Origin: Candidatus Eiseniibacteriota bacterium
Lineage (GTDB): Bacteria > Arandabacterota > Arandabacteria > Arandabacterales > Arandabacteraceae
Assembly: GCA_043810925.1 (NCBI GenBank)
Contig: JBDRNT010000052.1
Location: 1-62,719 of the forward strand
Direction: 5' to 3'
DNA length: 62,719 nt
Shown: positions 17,684 through 29,600 of the stretch, piece after piece
Layout: the number at the start of each line of letters is the position of its first letter
Numbering within the stretch: position 1 is the stretch's first letter
Position numbers and translations under genes: made by a program
The notes under the pieces: model-generated
Database searches by the model: none
The model's input: only the letters and a program-made list of their open reading frames with translations
Told to the model about the DNA's origin: nothing

Positions 17684-19974
17684 GCGCCGAGGCCATCACG
17701 GCGGCGGAGAGGCGAGGTCGCGCCCGGCCTCGCCGCTTCCGCAACCCCGGGGCAAGGGCCACTCGATCAGGAACAAGTGGCCCGGTCCTGATACTGCTTG
17801 CGGTGGCGATGGCGTTCTTGTGGTCTGGATGCAGCACGGAGAGAGGTGATGAGACGGTGGTGACCGAAGACAAGACCGGCGTGCACGTCAACAGACTCAT
17901 AAACGAAGCGAGCCCCTATCTTCTCCAGCATGCCCATAATCCGGTGGACTGGTATCCGTGGGGAGAAGAGGCCCTGGCCAGGGCTCGCCATGAAACCAAA
18001 CCCATATTTCTTTCAATCGGTTACTCTGCCTGCCACTGGTGCCATGTGATGGAACTTGAATCCTTTGAGAATGATGAGATTGCCGGGATCCTCAACCGGG
18101 AGTTCGTATCGATCAAGGTGGACAGGGAGGAGCGTCCCGATCTCGACGAGATCTACATGAATTCGGTCCAGTTGATGACCGGAAGCGGCGGCTGGCCTCT
18201 TTCGGTGTTCCTGACCCCCGACCTCAAGCCTTTCTTCGGCGGTACATACTTCCCGCCGGAGGATCGCCTCGGTCTGCCGGGATTTAAGAGCGTGCTTATG
18301 CAGGTGGCGGCGGTGTGGATGGAAAGACGGGGAGATGTCCTCAACAGCGCCGAACAGATCACCCAGGTCCTGCGAACACGTCGGCAAATGTCATCCGGAG
18401 ACGGGGAGATCGACAAGGACATTCTGAGCGAGACTGTAAAGCAGCTCACCTATTCATTCGATCAGAAATTCGGCGGGTTCGGCGACGCTCCCAAGTTTCC
18501 ACCCTCGGGTGCGATCGGTTTGCTCCTTCGGCGGTATCTGCAGACACGTGATGAAAACCTCCTTCGCATGGCGACTCTTACACTCGATAAAATGGCCGGG
18601 GGCGGAATGTATGATCAGATCGGCGGGGGCTTTCATCGCTATTCCGTAGACCGGACGTGGCTGGTTCCGCACTTCGAGAAGATGCTTTACGACAATGCAC
18701 TGCTGAGCGTCACCTATCTTGAAGCCTACCAGTTGACCGGAAAGCCGCTTTATCGCAGGATTGCCGCTGAAACACTGGATTATGTCATCCGCGTGATGAG
18801 CGCCCCGTCGGGCGGGTTTCACTCCACCCAGGATGCCGACAGCGAGGGAGAAGAAGGCAAGTACTATGTCTGGGGCGCAGGTGAGATTGCCGACATCCTC
18901 GGTCCGGCGGATGCCACACTCTTCTCTGCCTACTATGATGTTACCGATGAAGGTAATTTCGAAGGGAAGACCATTCTGAATGTTCCGGTTACGGCCGGCG
19001 AGTTCGCCGGTACGCATGACATGACGGAAGAAGATCTGTTGGTGCGCTTCGCACCACTGAGGAAGAGACTACTCCAGGCACGGGCCGGGCGGGTTCCACC
19101 GGCCATGGACGACAAGGTCATTGCATCGTGGAACGGGATGATGATATCCGCGCTCGCACGAGGCTACCAGGTGCTCGGCGAAAAGCGCTTCCGTACAGCG
19201 GCCGAAGGAGCGGGCGACTTCATCCTGGCCTCCATGATGGAAAATGGAGAGATCTTCCACACCTACCGCGCAGGGCATGCGAGGATTCCCGGCTACCTCG
19301 ATGACTACGCTCACATTGCGAATGCGATGGTGGACCTCTATGAGACAACATTTGATGTCAGGTGGATAGAAGCATCCAACGGGTTGGTTGCGAAAATGAT
19401 CGATCTCTTCCGGGATGACGACCAGGGGGGATTCTATTTCACCTCTTCACGCCACCAACACCTTCTGACGAGGACCAAGCCCTATTTGGACGGCTCGGTA
19501 CCCTCCGGTAATTCGACCGCGGCACTTGTTCTTCTACGGTTGGGAAGACTTACCGGCAACAACGCTTACCTTACCAGGGCCGAACAGGTCCTGAGAGCGG
19601 CCATGCCGATGCTCAAGGCGCACCCTACGGCGCTCACCCACATGTTGGGTGCGATGGATTCCTATCTATCTCCCGTCAAGGAGATAGCGATCGCGGGGAG
19701 GATAGATGAGCCCGAGACCCGGCAGATGCTGGCTACGGTTCGCAGCGGGTTTCTGCCCAACAAGGTCGTCGCTTTCATTGATCCTGATGACGCCGGCGCC
19801 CAGCAGGCCCGGGAGCATATCCCCTTGCTTGCCGGAAGGTCGGTATTGTACAATACGGCAACGGCCTACGTGTGCGAGAACCAGGCGTGCGATAGGCCTC
19901 TCAACGATCCCGATGAATTGGCCAGGAAACTCAATCTCGACACCAGGGTAGATCAGGGAGGATCCGACGAATGA
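17632..19974 (+). CDS. yyaL: YyaL/SPATA20 thioredoxin-domain plus alpha/alpha-barrel protein (start uncertain)
   Basis: [45 protein letters not shown]. Confidence 0.92.
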   Translation: MQEVWTGKGLTRLLQYLSAEAITAAERRGRARPRRFRNPGARATRSGTSGPVLILLAVAMAFLWSGCSTERGDETVVTEDKTGVHVNRLINEASPYLLQHAHNPVDWYPWGEEALARARHETKPIFLSIGYSACHWCHVMELESFENDEIAGILNREFVSIKVDREERPDLDEIYMNSVQLMTGSGGWPLSVFLTPDLKPFFGGTYFPPEDRLGLPGFKSVLMQVAAVWMERRGDVLNSAEQITQVLRTRRQMSSGDGEIDKDILSETVKQLTYSFDQKFGGFGDAPKFPPSGAIGLLLRRYLQTRDENLLRMATLTLDKMAGGGMYDQIGGGFHRYSVDRTWLVPHFEKMLYDNALLSVTYLEAYQLTGKPLYRRIAAETLDYVIRVMSAPSGGFHSTQDADSEGEEGKYYVWGAGEIADILGPADATLFSAYYDVTDEGNFEGKTILNVPVTAGEFAGTHDMTEEDLLVRFAPLRKRLLQARAGRVPPAMDDKVIASWNGMMISALARGYQVLGEKRFRTAAEGAGDFILASMMENGEIFHTYRAGHARIPGYLDDYAHIANAMVDLYETTFDVRWIEASNGLVAKMIDLFRDDDQGGFYFTSSRHQHLLTRTKPYLDGSVPSGNSTAALVLLRLGRLTGNNAYLTRAEQVLRAAMPMLKAHPTALTHMLGAMDSYLSPVKEIAIAGRIDEPETRQMLATVRSGFLPNKVVAFIDPDDAGAQQAREHIPLLAGRSVLYNTATAYVCENQACDRPLNDPDELARKLNLDTRVDQGGSDE

Positions 19975-21164
19975 ATACATCGCTTCGAGACGGCATCGAC
20001 TGGGTTGGCTATGTCGATTGGACGATCAGGGATTTTCACGGATACCGCACAGAGCGGGGTTCGACCTACAATGCCTACCTCGTCCGCGATGAAAAAACGG
20101 CACTTATAGATACGGTCAAGCGTCCTTATGCAGACAGGCTGCTGGCCAATGTCTCGGCTCTGAGCGATATATCGAAAATCGATTATGTGGTCTGCAATCA
20201 TGCCGAGCCGGACCATTCGGGCAGTCTCCCGGTTGTGTTGAAGGCGTGCCCGAATGCCCGGATAGTGTGTGATGCCAAGTGCAAGGACACCCTGAGCAAG
20301 TATTACGACACCGAAGGCTGGAATTGGAAAGTTGTCGCCGGCGGGGACACCATCTCCCTGGGTAAGCGTACGCTCACATTCGTTGAGACGCCGATGGTCC
20401 ACTGGCCGGAGTCGATGTTTACGTACGTGCCGGAAGAGAAACTTCTCTTCTCAATGGATGCCTTCGGTCAGCACTATGCCTCGGCCCACAGGTTTGATGA
20501 TGAGGAGCCGCTTGATGTCGTGATGGCTGAGGCCAAGATCTACTACGCGAACATAGTAATGCTCTATGGGAAGCCGATCTCGCAGGTTCTGGACAAGGCG
20601 GCCGGGCTCGATATTGAGATCATCGCACCAAGCCACGGTGTGATCTGGAGGAAGAACCTGGACACTATAATCTCTGCGTATAAGTGCTGGGTAGTGTGCA
20701 AACCGGCCGCGAAGGTTCTCGTTGTCTATGACACAATGTGGCAAAGCACCGAGAAGATGGCTCTCGCGATTCTTGAGGGAGCAAGTCAGTGTGGTGTGGA
20801 TGTGAAACTGATCAACATACGTACGAGCGGGACGACAATGCTTGCCGCCGAGACCCTCGATGCCGCGGCCATTGCGTTTGGATCTCCAACACTCAATATG
20901 ACGCTCATGCCGCAGATGGCAGCCGGTCTTACGTATCTTAAGGGACTCAAGCCCGTGGGTAAGGCGGGTTTTGCGTTTGGCTCTTACGGGTGGGCCAAAG
21001 GTGGTGCCAAGGATATCGAGACCTACCTTAAGGATATGAAGTTTGAAATACTGCGCGAACCGCTTCAGGCACAGTTCGTGCCGGGTGGGGATGTACTTGA
21101 TGAATGCCGCGCCGCGGGGAAGATGCTTGCTGAAAAGGCGCTCGCGGTTGTATGCGAAAAATAG
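19971..21164 (+). CDS. fprA: Flavodiiron protein (O2/NO reductase)
   Basis: [23 protein letters not shown], flavodoxin TMWQST and FGSYGW. Confidence 0.95.
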   Translation: MNTSLRDGIDWVGYVDWTIRDFHGYRTERGSTYNAYLVRDEKTALIDTVKRPYADRLLANVSALSDISKIDYVVCNHAEPDHSGSLPVVLKACPNARIVCDAKCKDTLSKYYDTEGWNWKVVAGGDTISLGKRTLTFVETPMVHWPESMFTYVPEEKLLFSMDAFGQHYASAHRFDDEEPLDVVMAEAKIYYANIVMLYGKPISQVLDKAAGLDIEIIAPSHGVIWRKNLDTIISAYKCWVVCKPAAKVLVVYDTMWQSTEKMALAILEGASQCGVDVKLINIRTSGTTMLAAETLDAAAIAFGSPTLNMTLMPQMAAGLTYLKGLKPVGKAGFAFGSYGWAKGGAKDIETYLKDMKFEILREPLQAQFVPGGDVLDECRAAGKMLAEKALAVVCEK

Positions 21165-21189
21165 GGATAGTAACCAGGGAGGAAGCAGC

Positions 21190-21762
21190 GTGAATCTTAA
21201 AGGAAGCAAAACGGAGAAGAACCTGCTCACCGCTTTTGCGGGTGAGTCCCAGGCACGAAACCGATACACCTACTTCGCAAGCAAAGCTAAGAAAGACGGT
21301 TACGTACAGATGTCGGCCATATTCGAGGAGACGGCCGCCCAGGAGAAGGAACATGCCGAACGTCTGTTTAAGTTTCTTGAAGGCGGTGCCGTTGAGATAA
21401 CCGGTTCCTTCCCCGCGGGCGTCATCGGTCCCACGGTTGATAATCTAAAAGGGGCTGCCGCGGGTGAGAACTACGAATGGACCGAGATGTATCCCGGCTT
21501 TGCGAAGGTGGCGAAGGATGAAGGTTTCGGCGACATCGCCGAGGTTTTCACGAGCATTGCCGTGGCGGAGAAGTTTCATGAGAAGCGTTACCTGGCACTT
21601 GCAGCCAATATCGACGCGGGACGTGTCTTCAAGCGCCCGGACAAGGTAGTCTGGAGATGCCGCAACTGTGGTTATCTCTACGAGGGAACGGAAGCACCCG
21701 ATGAGTGTCCGGCGTGCGCGCACCCGAAGGCTCACTACGAGCTGCTGTGCGAGAATTGGTAA
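21190..21762 (+). CDS. rbr: Rubrerythrin
   Basis: GTG start after [32 protein letters not shown]...CPAC. Confidence 0.96.
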   Translation: MNLKGSKTEKNLLTAFAGESQARNRYTYFASKAKKDGYVQMSAIFEETAAQEKEHAERLFKFLEGGAVEITGSFPAGVIGPTVDNLKGAAAGENYEWTEMYPGFAKVAKDEGFGDIAEVFTSIAVAEKFHEKRYLALAANIDAGRVFKRPDKVVWRCRNCGYLYEGTEAPDECPACAHPKAHYELLCENW

Positions 21763-21814
21763 AGCCGGACCTGATTAGAAAGGTCTTTTAACACATTGGA
21801 GAGGGGGATCACGG

Positions 21815-22189
21815 ATGGCTGAGAGACTCGAGGTTTACAAGTGTGAAGTGTGCGGCAACATAGTCGAAGTGCTCCACGGAGGCCAGGGCGAGCTCGTCTG
21901 CTGCGGGCAGCCCATGAAGTTACAGGCTGAAAACACGGTTGACGCGGCCAAGGAAAAGCACGTGCCCGTTGTCGAGAAAACACCGTCGGGCGTCAAGGTC
22001 AAGGTCGGCAGTGTGGCCCATCCGATGGAAGAGAAGCACTATATTGAATGGGTACAGATTATCGCCGGCGGCCGTGCATACAGAATCTTCCTTAAACCCG
22101 GCGACGCTCCCGAAGGTACCTTCGATGTCGCTAAGGGTGATGTAATAGCGAGGGAGTACTGTAATCTTCACGGCCACTGGAAAGCATAG
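21815..22189 (+). CDS. dfx: Desulfoferrodoxin (2Fe superoxide reductase)
   Basis: CEVCGN, CCGQPM, EKHVP, HPM, HYIEW, CNLHG. Confidence 0.96.
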   Translation: MAERLEVYKCEVCGNIVEVLHGGQGELVCCGQPMKLQAENTVDAAKEKHVPVVEKTPSGVKVKVGSVAHPMEEKHYIEWVQIIAGGRAYRIFLKPGDAPEGTFDVAKGDVIAREYCNLHGHWKA

Positions 22190-22283
22190 ATCGACTCAGT
22201 CGGTCTTTTTGTGAAGGGGGAATGAGGTCTGTGTTCATTCCTGCGCTCGCCGGGCCGGGTATCTGAGGGAGGTAGGCGGCAAG

Positions 22284-23006
22284 ATGGACTTGACTGCTCT
22301 AAATATGTGCAGCTATGGCCTTTACATCCTGACCTCGAAGAAGGGTGACAAGGTAAACGGCCAGATCGTCAATACGGTCTTTCAGGTGGCGGCCGAACCT
22401 CCGACCATTGCAGTGAGTGTGAATAAGCAGAACCTCACGCATGAGTTTATCTCAGAAAGCAAGGTCTTCACGGCCTCCATCCTTTCAACGGAGGCACCGA
22501 TGACCCTCATTGGAAAATGGGGTTTCAAATCGGGACGGGATACCGACAAGTTTGAAGGTACGAATCACAAACTCGGTGAGACAGGGGCGCCCATAATTCT
22601 GGATAGTACGGTCGCATATGTCGAAGCCCGGGTGGTGAACACCGCCGATGTCGGCACGCACACGATATTCATCGGCAAGGTTGTTGATTGCGGCGTGATC
22701 CGGGATGGTGAGCCGATGACCTATGCTTATTATCACAATGTCAAGAAAGGCAAGACGCCCGAAAGGGCAGCAACATTTGTGAAGGAAAAATCCGACAAGA
22801 CTGGGACCGGCCCCGCGGGGGGCGCCATGAAGGAGGCAAAGGAATTGAAGAAATACACATGCTCGGTTTGTGGTTATGTCTACGATCCTGCAAAAGGTGA
22901 TCCCGATAACGGTGTAAAGCCGGGGACAGCATTTGAGAGCCTTCCGGATGACTGGGTTTGCCCGGTATGTGAAGCGACCAAAGACCAGTTTTCGCCTGAA
23001 GAGTAA
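22284..23006 (+). CDS. Flavin reductase-rubredoxin fusion (high-molecular-weight rubredoxin)
   Basis: [21 protein letters not shown]-terminal CSVCGYVYD...WVCPVC. Confidence 0.93.
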   Translation: MDLTALNMCSYGLYILTSKKGDKVNGQIVNTVFQVAAEPPTIAVSVNKQNLTHEFISESKVFTASILSTEAPMTLIGKWGFKSGRDTDKFEGTNHKLGETGAPIILDSTVAYVEARVVNTADVGTHTIFIGKVVDCGVIRDGEPMTYAYYHNVKKGKTPERAATFVKEKSDKTGTGPAGGAMKEAKELKKYTCSVCGYVYDPAKGDPDNGVKPGTAFESLPDDWVCPVCEATKDQFSPEE

Positions 23007-23025
23007 ACACCTCGGGAAACCCCCG

Positions 23026-23052
23026 GGGGTCAGGTCTTGAAATTAAGCGTTT
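23026..23052. repeat. REP-like repeat, family B
   Basis: GGGGTCAGGTCTTGAAATTAAGCGTTT, inverse of 154-180. Confidence 0.8.
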
Positions 23053-23150
23053 TCAAAGACGGTTTCCGAGGTGCCATCTACGCTCAGGTTGCCCATTTCG
23101 GGAATCCTCAGGTGTTCTCCCTAAAATCGTGAACTCGGGCTTCGCCCGGT

Positions 23151-23241
23151 TGTTACTGCGAGCTCCCGAAGGGAGCGTGGCAACCTCCTGGGAGGTGCAT
23201 ACGAAGAGACTGCTTGGTCGCTGGCGCTTCTCGCAGTGACA
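23151..23241. repeat. Branched palindromic element (family C)
   Basis: TGTTACTGCGAG / CTCGCAGTGACA outer arms, inner GCTCCC-GAA-GGGAGC hairpin. Confidence 0.7.
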
Positions 23242-23364
23242 CAATACGGTCACTCCGCCATCTTCCTGACAGTCGTCCACATGAGGGTTCTCTCTCCTCA
23301 TGAGCAAATTAGCTTCAAAGAGTTTCGTGAACGACCTCATGCGCATGACGGGCACCATGTCTTA

Positions 23365-23414
23365 TGTCTCACCGGCCCTTGTGGCGGCGCCGGCTTGCGA
23401 GACATTGTGAGACA
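23365..23414 (+). promoter_or_regulatory. Candidate upstream activator sequence for hcp operon
   Basis: TGTCTCA 23365, CGAGACA 23398, TGAGACA 23408. Confidence 0.7.
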
Positions 23415-23502
23415 CTTGCCACTGCACCAACATCATGCGATAATGATGTATCTCATTGGGGTTATAGCGACATACGGTAACCCTGAGAACGATGACACCG
23501 GC

Positions 23503-23518
23503 TGGCACGTATCCTGCC
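23503..23518 (+). promoter_or_regulatory. Sigma54 -24/-12 promoter TGGCACGTATCCTGCC
   Basis: Near-consensus TGGCACG-N4-CTGC, about 55 bp before the hcp ATG. Confidence 0.8.
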
Positions 23519-23573
23519 ATAGATGGTTCATGTAGTGTAATCGTCGGGTTGAAACCAGGAGGAGGAAGGATTA

Positions 23574-25226
23574 ATGTTTTGCTACCAGTGTGAACAGACC
23601 GCCAAGGGAACCGGCTGTGACAAGTTCGGTGTATGCGGTAAGTCGCCGGAGGTGGCTAACCTGCATGATGTCCTGGTCCATGCGACTAAGGGCATAGGCA
23701 TGTACGCCCACCGGGCAGGGCAGCTCGGTGCCCGCGACCATGATGTCGATGTCTTCGTACTTGAAGCCCTCTTCTCGACAGTGACAAACGTGGATTTCGA
23801 TCCTGACCGGATCGAGGGTTTCATCCGCAAGGCCGCCGGGATCAAGGACAAGGCCAGGGCGCTTTACGAAAGTGCCTGCAAGAAGGCCGGGAAGACTCCG
23901 GAGGAACTCTCGGGGCCCGCGCAGTGGGTACCCGGCTCGAGCCGAGAAGAACTCGTCATCGAGGGCGAAAAGGTCGGTATCAATGCTGCGCGGCAGGCCT
24001 CGGGTGATGATATCGCGGGGCTCCAGTATCTTCTCATCTATGGCCTTAAGGGCACGGCTGCTTACGCCGACCATGCCATGATCCTCGGTAAGGAGAACGA
24101 TGGGGTATATGCGTTCTTCCACGAGGCCCTCGACTACCTTGCAAAGGGTAATCCCACTGTAGATGAACTCCTCGGGCTTTGCCTGCGCTGCGGTGAGGTG
24201 AATCTCCAGGTGATGGGCCTGCTCGATGCCGCCAACACGGATGCATACGGTCATCCCGAGCCCACACAGGTGAGGGTGGAACCGGTCAAGGGCAAGGCCA
24301 TACTGGTGTCCGGACATGATCTTAAGGATCTCGATGGACTCCTCAAACAGACCGAAGGCAAGGGAGTCAATGTCTACACTCATGGTGAGATGCTGCCTGC
24401 TCATGCTTATCCCGGACTCAAGAAGTACAAGCACCTGGTCGGCAACTACGGCGGTGCCTGGCAGGACCAGCAGCGCGAGTTCGAAGATTTTCCGGGTGCG
24501 ATATTGATGACAACCAACTGCATCCAGAAGCCAAGAGAAAGCTACAAAGCGAGGATCTTCACCTGCGGTCTCGTCGCCTGGCCGGGGGTCCCGCACATCG
24601 CAGATAGTGATTTCACCCCGGTGATCGATGCGGCACTCAAGGCGGAGGGTTTTGCTGAAGACGGTCCGGACAAGACGATCACCGTCGGTTTCGGCCACAA
24701 TGCCGTGCTCGGGGTTGCGGACAAAGTGATTGAAGCTGTGAAATCGGGCAAGATCAAGCATTTCTTCCTGATCGGCGGGTGCGACGGCGCAAAGAGCGGG
24801 CGGAACTATTACACCCAGTTCGCCGAGGCTGTGCCTCGCGATTCGGTGATTCTGACACTGGCGTGCGGTAAGTACCGTTTCAACAAACTCGACTTCGGTG
24901 ACATAGATGGTATTCCGAGACTGCTCGATATCGGCCAGTGTAACGATGCTTACTCGGCGATTCAGATTGCGGTGGCTCTTGCCAAGGCATTTGATACGGA
25001 TGTCAACAGCCTGCCGCTTTCGATGATACTCTCATGGTACGAGCAGAAGGCTGTATGCATACTCCTGACTCTGCTCCATCTCGGTATCAAGAACATCAAA
25101 CTCGGTCCGAGTCTGCCGGCGTTTGTTACCCCGGCGGCACTCAAGGTGCTGGTCGATAAGTTCAATATCGCTCCGATTTCGACGGTCGAAGAGGACCTCA
25201 AGTCGGCGCTCGGTCAGGCTGTGTAG
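23574..25226 (+). CDS. hcp: Hybrid cluster protein (hydroxylamine/NO reductase)
   Basis: MFCYQCEQT...C...GVCGK, SGHDL, THGEM, TTNC, GGCDG, LACGK, GQCND, SWYEQK. Confidence 0.97.
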   Translation: MFCYQCEQTAKGTGCDKFGVCGKSPEVANLHDVLVHATKGIGMYAHRAGQLGARDHDVDVFVLEALFSTVTNVDFDPDRIEGFIRKAAGIKDKARALYESACKKAGKTPEELSGPAQWVPGSSREELVIEGEKVGINAARQASGDDIAGLQYLLIYGLKGTAAYADHAMILGKENDGVYAFFHEALDYLAKGNPTVDELLGLCLRCGEVNLQVMGLLDAANTDAYGHPEPTQVRVEPVKGKAILVSGHDLKDLDGLLKQTEGKGVNVYTHGEMLPAHAYPGLKKYKHLVGNYGGAWQDQQREFEDFPGAILMTTNCIQKPRESYKARIFTCGLVAWPGVPHIADSDFTPVIDAALKAEGFAEDGPDKTITVGFGHNAVLGVADKVIEAVKSGKIKHFFLIGGCDGAKSGRNYYTQFAEAVPRDSVILTLACGKYRFNKLDFGDIDGIPRLLDIGQCNDAYSAIQIAVALAKAFDTDVNSLPLSMILSWYEQKAVCILLTLLHLGIKNIKLGPSLPAFVTPAALKVLVDKFNIAPISTVEEDLKSALGQAV

Positions 25227-25282
25227 GTGTGTGGTGTTCGGTGATGGGTGGAGTTTGAGTGTCCCGGTAGGGGAGGTGCCCG

Positions 25283-26092
25283 ATGGCGAAGCGCAAGATC
25301 ATAAACATTGATGAGGACCTGTGCACCGGGTGTGGTGAGTGTATAACCGGGTGTGCGGAAGGCGCGCTCGCTCTGGTCGCCGGTAAGGCCAAGCTGGTCA
25401 AAGAGCAGTTCTGTGACGGTTTCGGTGATTGCATCGGCACCTGCCCCACGGGGGCCCTCAAGATCGAGGAGCGCGAGAGCGACGAATTCGATAGCGAAGC
25501 GACGAAGCAATATCTCAGGCAGACCCAGGGCGATGAAGCGGTTCGTAAGATGGAAGACGCAGCCCGGGCCCATGAGGAAGGAAGGCATCCGGGGAAGAAG
25601 CCCGACAAGGCACCGGGGCCGGCTCCGGGTGGTTGTCCCGGCAGCAGGATGAGAACCAATCTCAAGTCCGGAGGCGGCAGCCAGGCGGTGCCCGCATCGG
25701 GAATGCCGGGTCATGTCAATGAATCCGAACTCGACCAGTGGCCCGTCCAGCTCCACCTGGTTCAGCCGGGAGCCCCGTTCTTTGAGGATCGTGAACTTGT
25801 GGTTCTGAGTACGTGCTCCCCAATTGCGTCTGCGGACGTACACTGGCGCTTCATGCGTGGACGGGCGGTTGTGGTCGGCTGTCCCAAACTGGACCGGACG
25901 GAACCCTATGTCGGGAAACTTGCAGCGATATTGAGCGAGCCGACGATACCCAGGGTGATCGTCGTCCGGATGGAGGTTCCGTGCTGCGGAGGGCTCACGG
26001 CAATGGTGCGGGAAGCCGTCAAGCAGAGTGGTCGCAAAGACCTCGGGTTCGAGGAGGTCACAATCGGTATCAACGGCGACATAGCAGGATAG
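25283..26092 (+). CDS. Hcp-associated 2x[4Fe-4S] ferredoxin-domain protein
   Basis: CTGCGEC...C, CDGFGDCIGTCP, GGCPG, QWPVQL, GCPKLD, MEVPCC. Confidence 0.9.
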   Translation: MAKRKIINIDEDLCTGCGECITGCAEGALALVAGKAKLVKEQFCDGFGDCIGTCPTGALKIEERESDEFDSEATKQYLRQTQGDEAVRKMEDAARAHEEGRHPGKKPDKAPGPAPGGCPGSRMRTNLKSGGGSQAVPASGMPGHVNESELDQWPVQLHLVQPGAPFFEDRELVVLSTCSPIASADVHWRFMRGRAVVVGCPKLDRTEPYVGKLAAILSEPTIPRVIVVRMEVPCCGGLTAMVREAVKQSGRKDLGFEEVTIGINGDIAG

Positions 26093-26104
26093 TCCGGCAC
26101 TTGG

Positions 26105-26157
26105 TAATTTGGTGTCAGGCACCTGATTCTCCGAATTAGTAAGTTGGTACCAAATTA
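26105..26157. repeat. Family A inverted pair (compact)
   Basis: TAATTTGGTGTCAGGCACCTGATT and inverse arm TAATTTGGTACCAACTTACTAATT. Confidence 0.65.
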
Positions 26158-26176
26158 GATGATGGGAGATCATGAG

Positions 26177-26494
26177 ATGGATGAATTCAAGAGCAAGTCT
26201 GTGGACCTGGCAGCCGCGATTGACTATGCGGAGGGTTCGATTGTCAGTAAGACCCTGATTGATAAGAAGGCCGGAACCCTTACACTTTTCGCTTTTGGAG
26301 AGGGGCAGGCCCTGAGCGAACACACGGCACCGTTCGATGCGACCGTGTTAATCTTAGACGGTGAGGCCAAACTGACGATCGGGGGCAAGGACGTTTCCGC
26401 AAAGACAGGCCAGATGGTCATCATGCCGGCCGATGTCCCGCACGCCGTGCGTGCCGTTACGCCCTTCAAGATGCTGCTCATCATGATACGGTAA
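26177..26494 (+). CDS. Cupin domain protein
   Basis: LFAFGEGQALSEHTAP, MPADVPHAVRA. Confidence 0.9.
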   Translation: MDEFKSKSVDLAAAIDYAEGSIVSKTLIDKKAGTLTLFAFGEGQALSEHTAPFDATVLILDGEAKLTIGGKDVSAKTGQMVIMPADVPHAVRAVTPFKMLLIMIR

Positions 26495-26614
26495 CGCTTG
26501 CCTATCGGGCCCATTCGTTCGCTGTCCGAAATCCATTGCTGCGTGCCAAGGTCCTTGGTATAGTATTAGCGGAGCTATCCCGGCTTATTCACAAACCTCG
26601 CTAGAGGACGCGTT

Positions 26615-29600
26615 ATGCGAAGAGCCCTGCTATTGATCATTATAGCAATCCCCGTGTTTTCAGTGCCTGCCTCAGCCCGCACCTGGTACGTCACCCCTGA
26701 TGGTACGGGCGAAGCTCCGACCATCCGAGCAGCGGTTGATTCTGCAGCGTCAGGAGATACCCTTCTCTTAAGCGATGGCGTCTATACCGGTGAGGGGAAC
26801 AGGGACGTTTGTGTTCACGACAAGTATCTTGACATCTGGTCGGAAAGCCAGGACCCCGAAGCCTGTGTGATCGACTGTGAGGGTTTCGCGGGCAGCTGCT
26901 TCTACTTCGACTGCTGCTACTACGAGAAGTCGACCCTCCCCAATCCCGGGGGTTTGGTGCGCGGGATAAGGATCAGGAACGCGGAAAGCGCTGTTACAGC
27001 TTATTTGTCCGTCGGTGTTTATGTCAGGGACTGCATTATCGACGGTCACTCCGGTACTGCCTTGGACGCGGTCGGGCAGTATGGCAGTGGGTATCCTATC
27101 CTGTGGGCGAGCGGGTGCACCTTCCAGGGGAATCCAGCTGGCGCGATACGCTGTGGGTACAAGTCCAATGCCGGTGCTTCGGGCTGCACTTTCCACCACA
27201 ATGGTTGTGTGCTGAAGGTTCTCGACATGGGCAGTGGTGCATTGCGCGGGTGCACGGTCGTAGCCAACTCGGGTGGTACCGAGGGTGTGATAAGGGGCAG
27301 CTGGTACTCAGACATCAGCCTTGAGAACTGCGTGATTGCCTTCAATACCGGGAGCCTTGTCGTATGCAACAACGCCGTCCTGAGCGTTGATTGCTGTGAT
27401 CTATACGGCAATGCCGGGGGCAACCATATCGATTGTATTGCGGGCCTGAACGGTGTAGACGGGAATTTCTCGCTTGATCCGGTCTTCTGCGACCGACTTG
27501 CCAAAGACTACACGCTGGACGTAAGTTCCCCCTGCGCACCGGGAAATCACCCCGATGGGGCAGACTTTGACTGTGGGCTGATAGGCTCACTGCCCGTGGC
27601 TTGCGGTGGACCGGAGATCATCTGGGAGGAAGACTTCAAGGCATTCCAGCCTGCCTCCTACCACATGCAGAGGATAGGAGCAACGGACGAAGCTGCGTAC
27701 TGGGATTCGGCAGGGCAGTGCTTTGTGCTGACGGTGGCCGAGGAGAATAAGGCCGGTCGGCTCTTCTTTGACGAGATGTGCTTGATGGACGCATGGGATG
27801 CCGAGTTCGACCTACGCATTGGCGGCGGGACTGGTGCGGATGGAATGACATTTGCGTTCTGTACGCCGGCCTACTTCCCATCACATCGCGGATCATGGCT
27901 GGACTTCAATGGGGCGACCGGATATGCTATCGAATTCGACACCTACTACAGTGCCGGCGATGTGATTTCCGAGCCGACCACCTCGGATCATGTGGCAGTG
28001 CTTAAAAACTCTGCATCGCATCATGTGTGTCATTCACAAGTCGATACCCTCGATGACAACGAGTGGCACCATGTGCTGGTGGAATTCCGGTGCGGGAGCG
28101 TCCGGGTCTGGCTGGACGGACAGCAGCGACTCACATGCGAGATCCCGGAGTACGAACCTTTCGAAGGTCGTTTCGGCTTCACGGCATCCACCGGCAACCA
28201 TACAAATGCTCATGCTGTCGATAACGTGAGCATATACAGACCCAGACGCGTCTCGCGTACCTGGTATGTCACGGCCGATGGCCTGGGGGATGCTCCCACA
28301 ATCCAGGCCGCGCTCGACTCTGCAACAGGGTGTGACACGGTTCTAGTGGCTGCGGGCACGTACTACGAGCACGACATTGCAATGAAAAACGGCGCTTGCC
28401 TCATGGGTGAGTGGTTGCCCCGCTTGGTCACTATCGACGCCAAGGGACTGGGGGCGGGGATCCGGTGCCTTAATGCGCGCAACCCGTTGACGAGGATAGA
28501 AGCATTGACCATAGAGAATGCGAGTGAGTGCGCCATCGACTGCCGGTACTCGTCGCCGCAGATAGTAGGTAACAGGCTGGTACACAATGAGGGAGCACGG
28601 GGGGCTGCGATCAACAGCTATGGAGGTTCCCCTGTGATCGAAGCCAATGTGTGCAGGCTCAACTCGGCCTCTGAGAATGGTGGCGCAATCTGCTGTAATC
28701 GGGGTCGCCCCACAATCAAGGGGAATACAATTGACTCCAACTCCGCAGATCTTAGCGGTGGAGGTTTGCACATCGTTGCCTGTATCGCAGCCGTTGAAGG
28801 TAACAGGATTGAATACAACTTGTGCGGAGATTTCGGTGGTGGGATTCATATAGAATCTTACGACACCCCTCACAGCAGTACCTGTGCGCACGTCAGTCTC
28901 ATCGGTAATGCGATCTTGCAGAACTCTGCGCGAGATGGTGGAGGTGTCTGGATCGCCGGAGAGTGTGCCTATGCAACTGCCGAAGGCAACCGGATAGATG
29001 AGAACAGCGCGAGTGGGGATGGCGGCGGGCTCTGGAACTCGGGCGACCTCATACTTGTCCGAAACGACGTAACCTCAAACAGTGCCGGCGACAGAGGTGG
29101 CGGTCTGCGGCTCGGTAACGGCAATGCCTCGGTCGACAGCAACCTTGTTGCTCGGAACTCTGCTGTTACTGGGGGCGGGATATACTGTGATGGTTCCGCG
29201 GCCTATATCGGGATGACATATAACACTATCTGTCTCAACACGTCCAACGGGGGTGCCGGCATACACCTGAACTCTGCGGGGAACGAGATAGCCTATAACA
29301 TAATCGCACTCAATATGACGGGCTTGGGAATGTCTTGCGAGGGCTACGCTTCTCCGAGCGCGACCTGCAACGATATCTGGCAGAATGAGGGCGGTGATTA
29401 TGTCTGTGGCATCAACCGGGGCGGTAATTTCTCTCAAGACCCGCTCTTCTGCAGAGTGAGCGATGCCGACTTCGGGCTGGGGCCGCTATCGCCCTGTCTC
29501 GACCACGAAGTATGCGGACGCGTGGGTGCATATGGGCAGGGTTGCGATGATGCGAGCCCGCCGGCATCGGTTACTAATCTCTCGATAGCGGCGGGGGACA

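Noticed and set aside
23405-23422. HcpR/Crp-type site upstream of hcp
   Set aside because: TTGTGA half-site has no matching TCACAA half; better explained as part of the TGAGACA enhancer
23571-26323. Long antisense ORFs (396 aa, 369 aa), likewise 44342-45517 and 20451-21269
   Set aside because: Shadows of well-supported genes on the opposite strand in GC-rich DNA; no motifs
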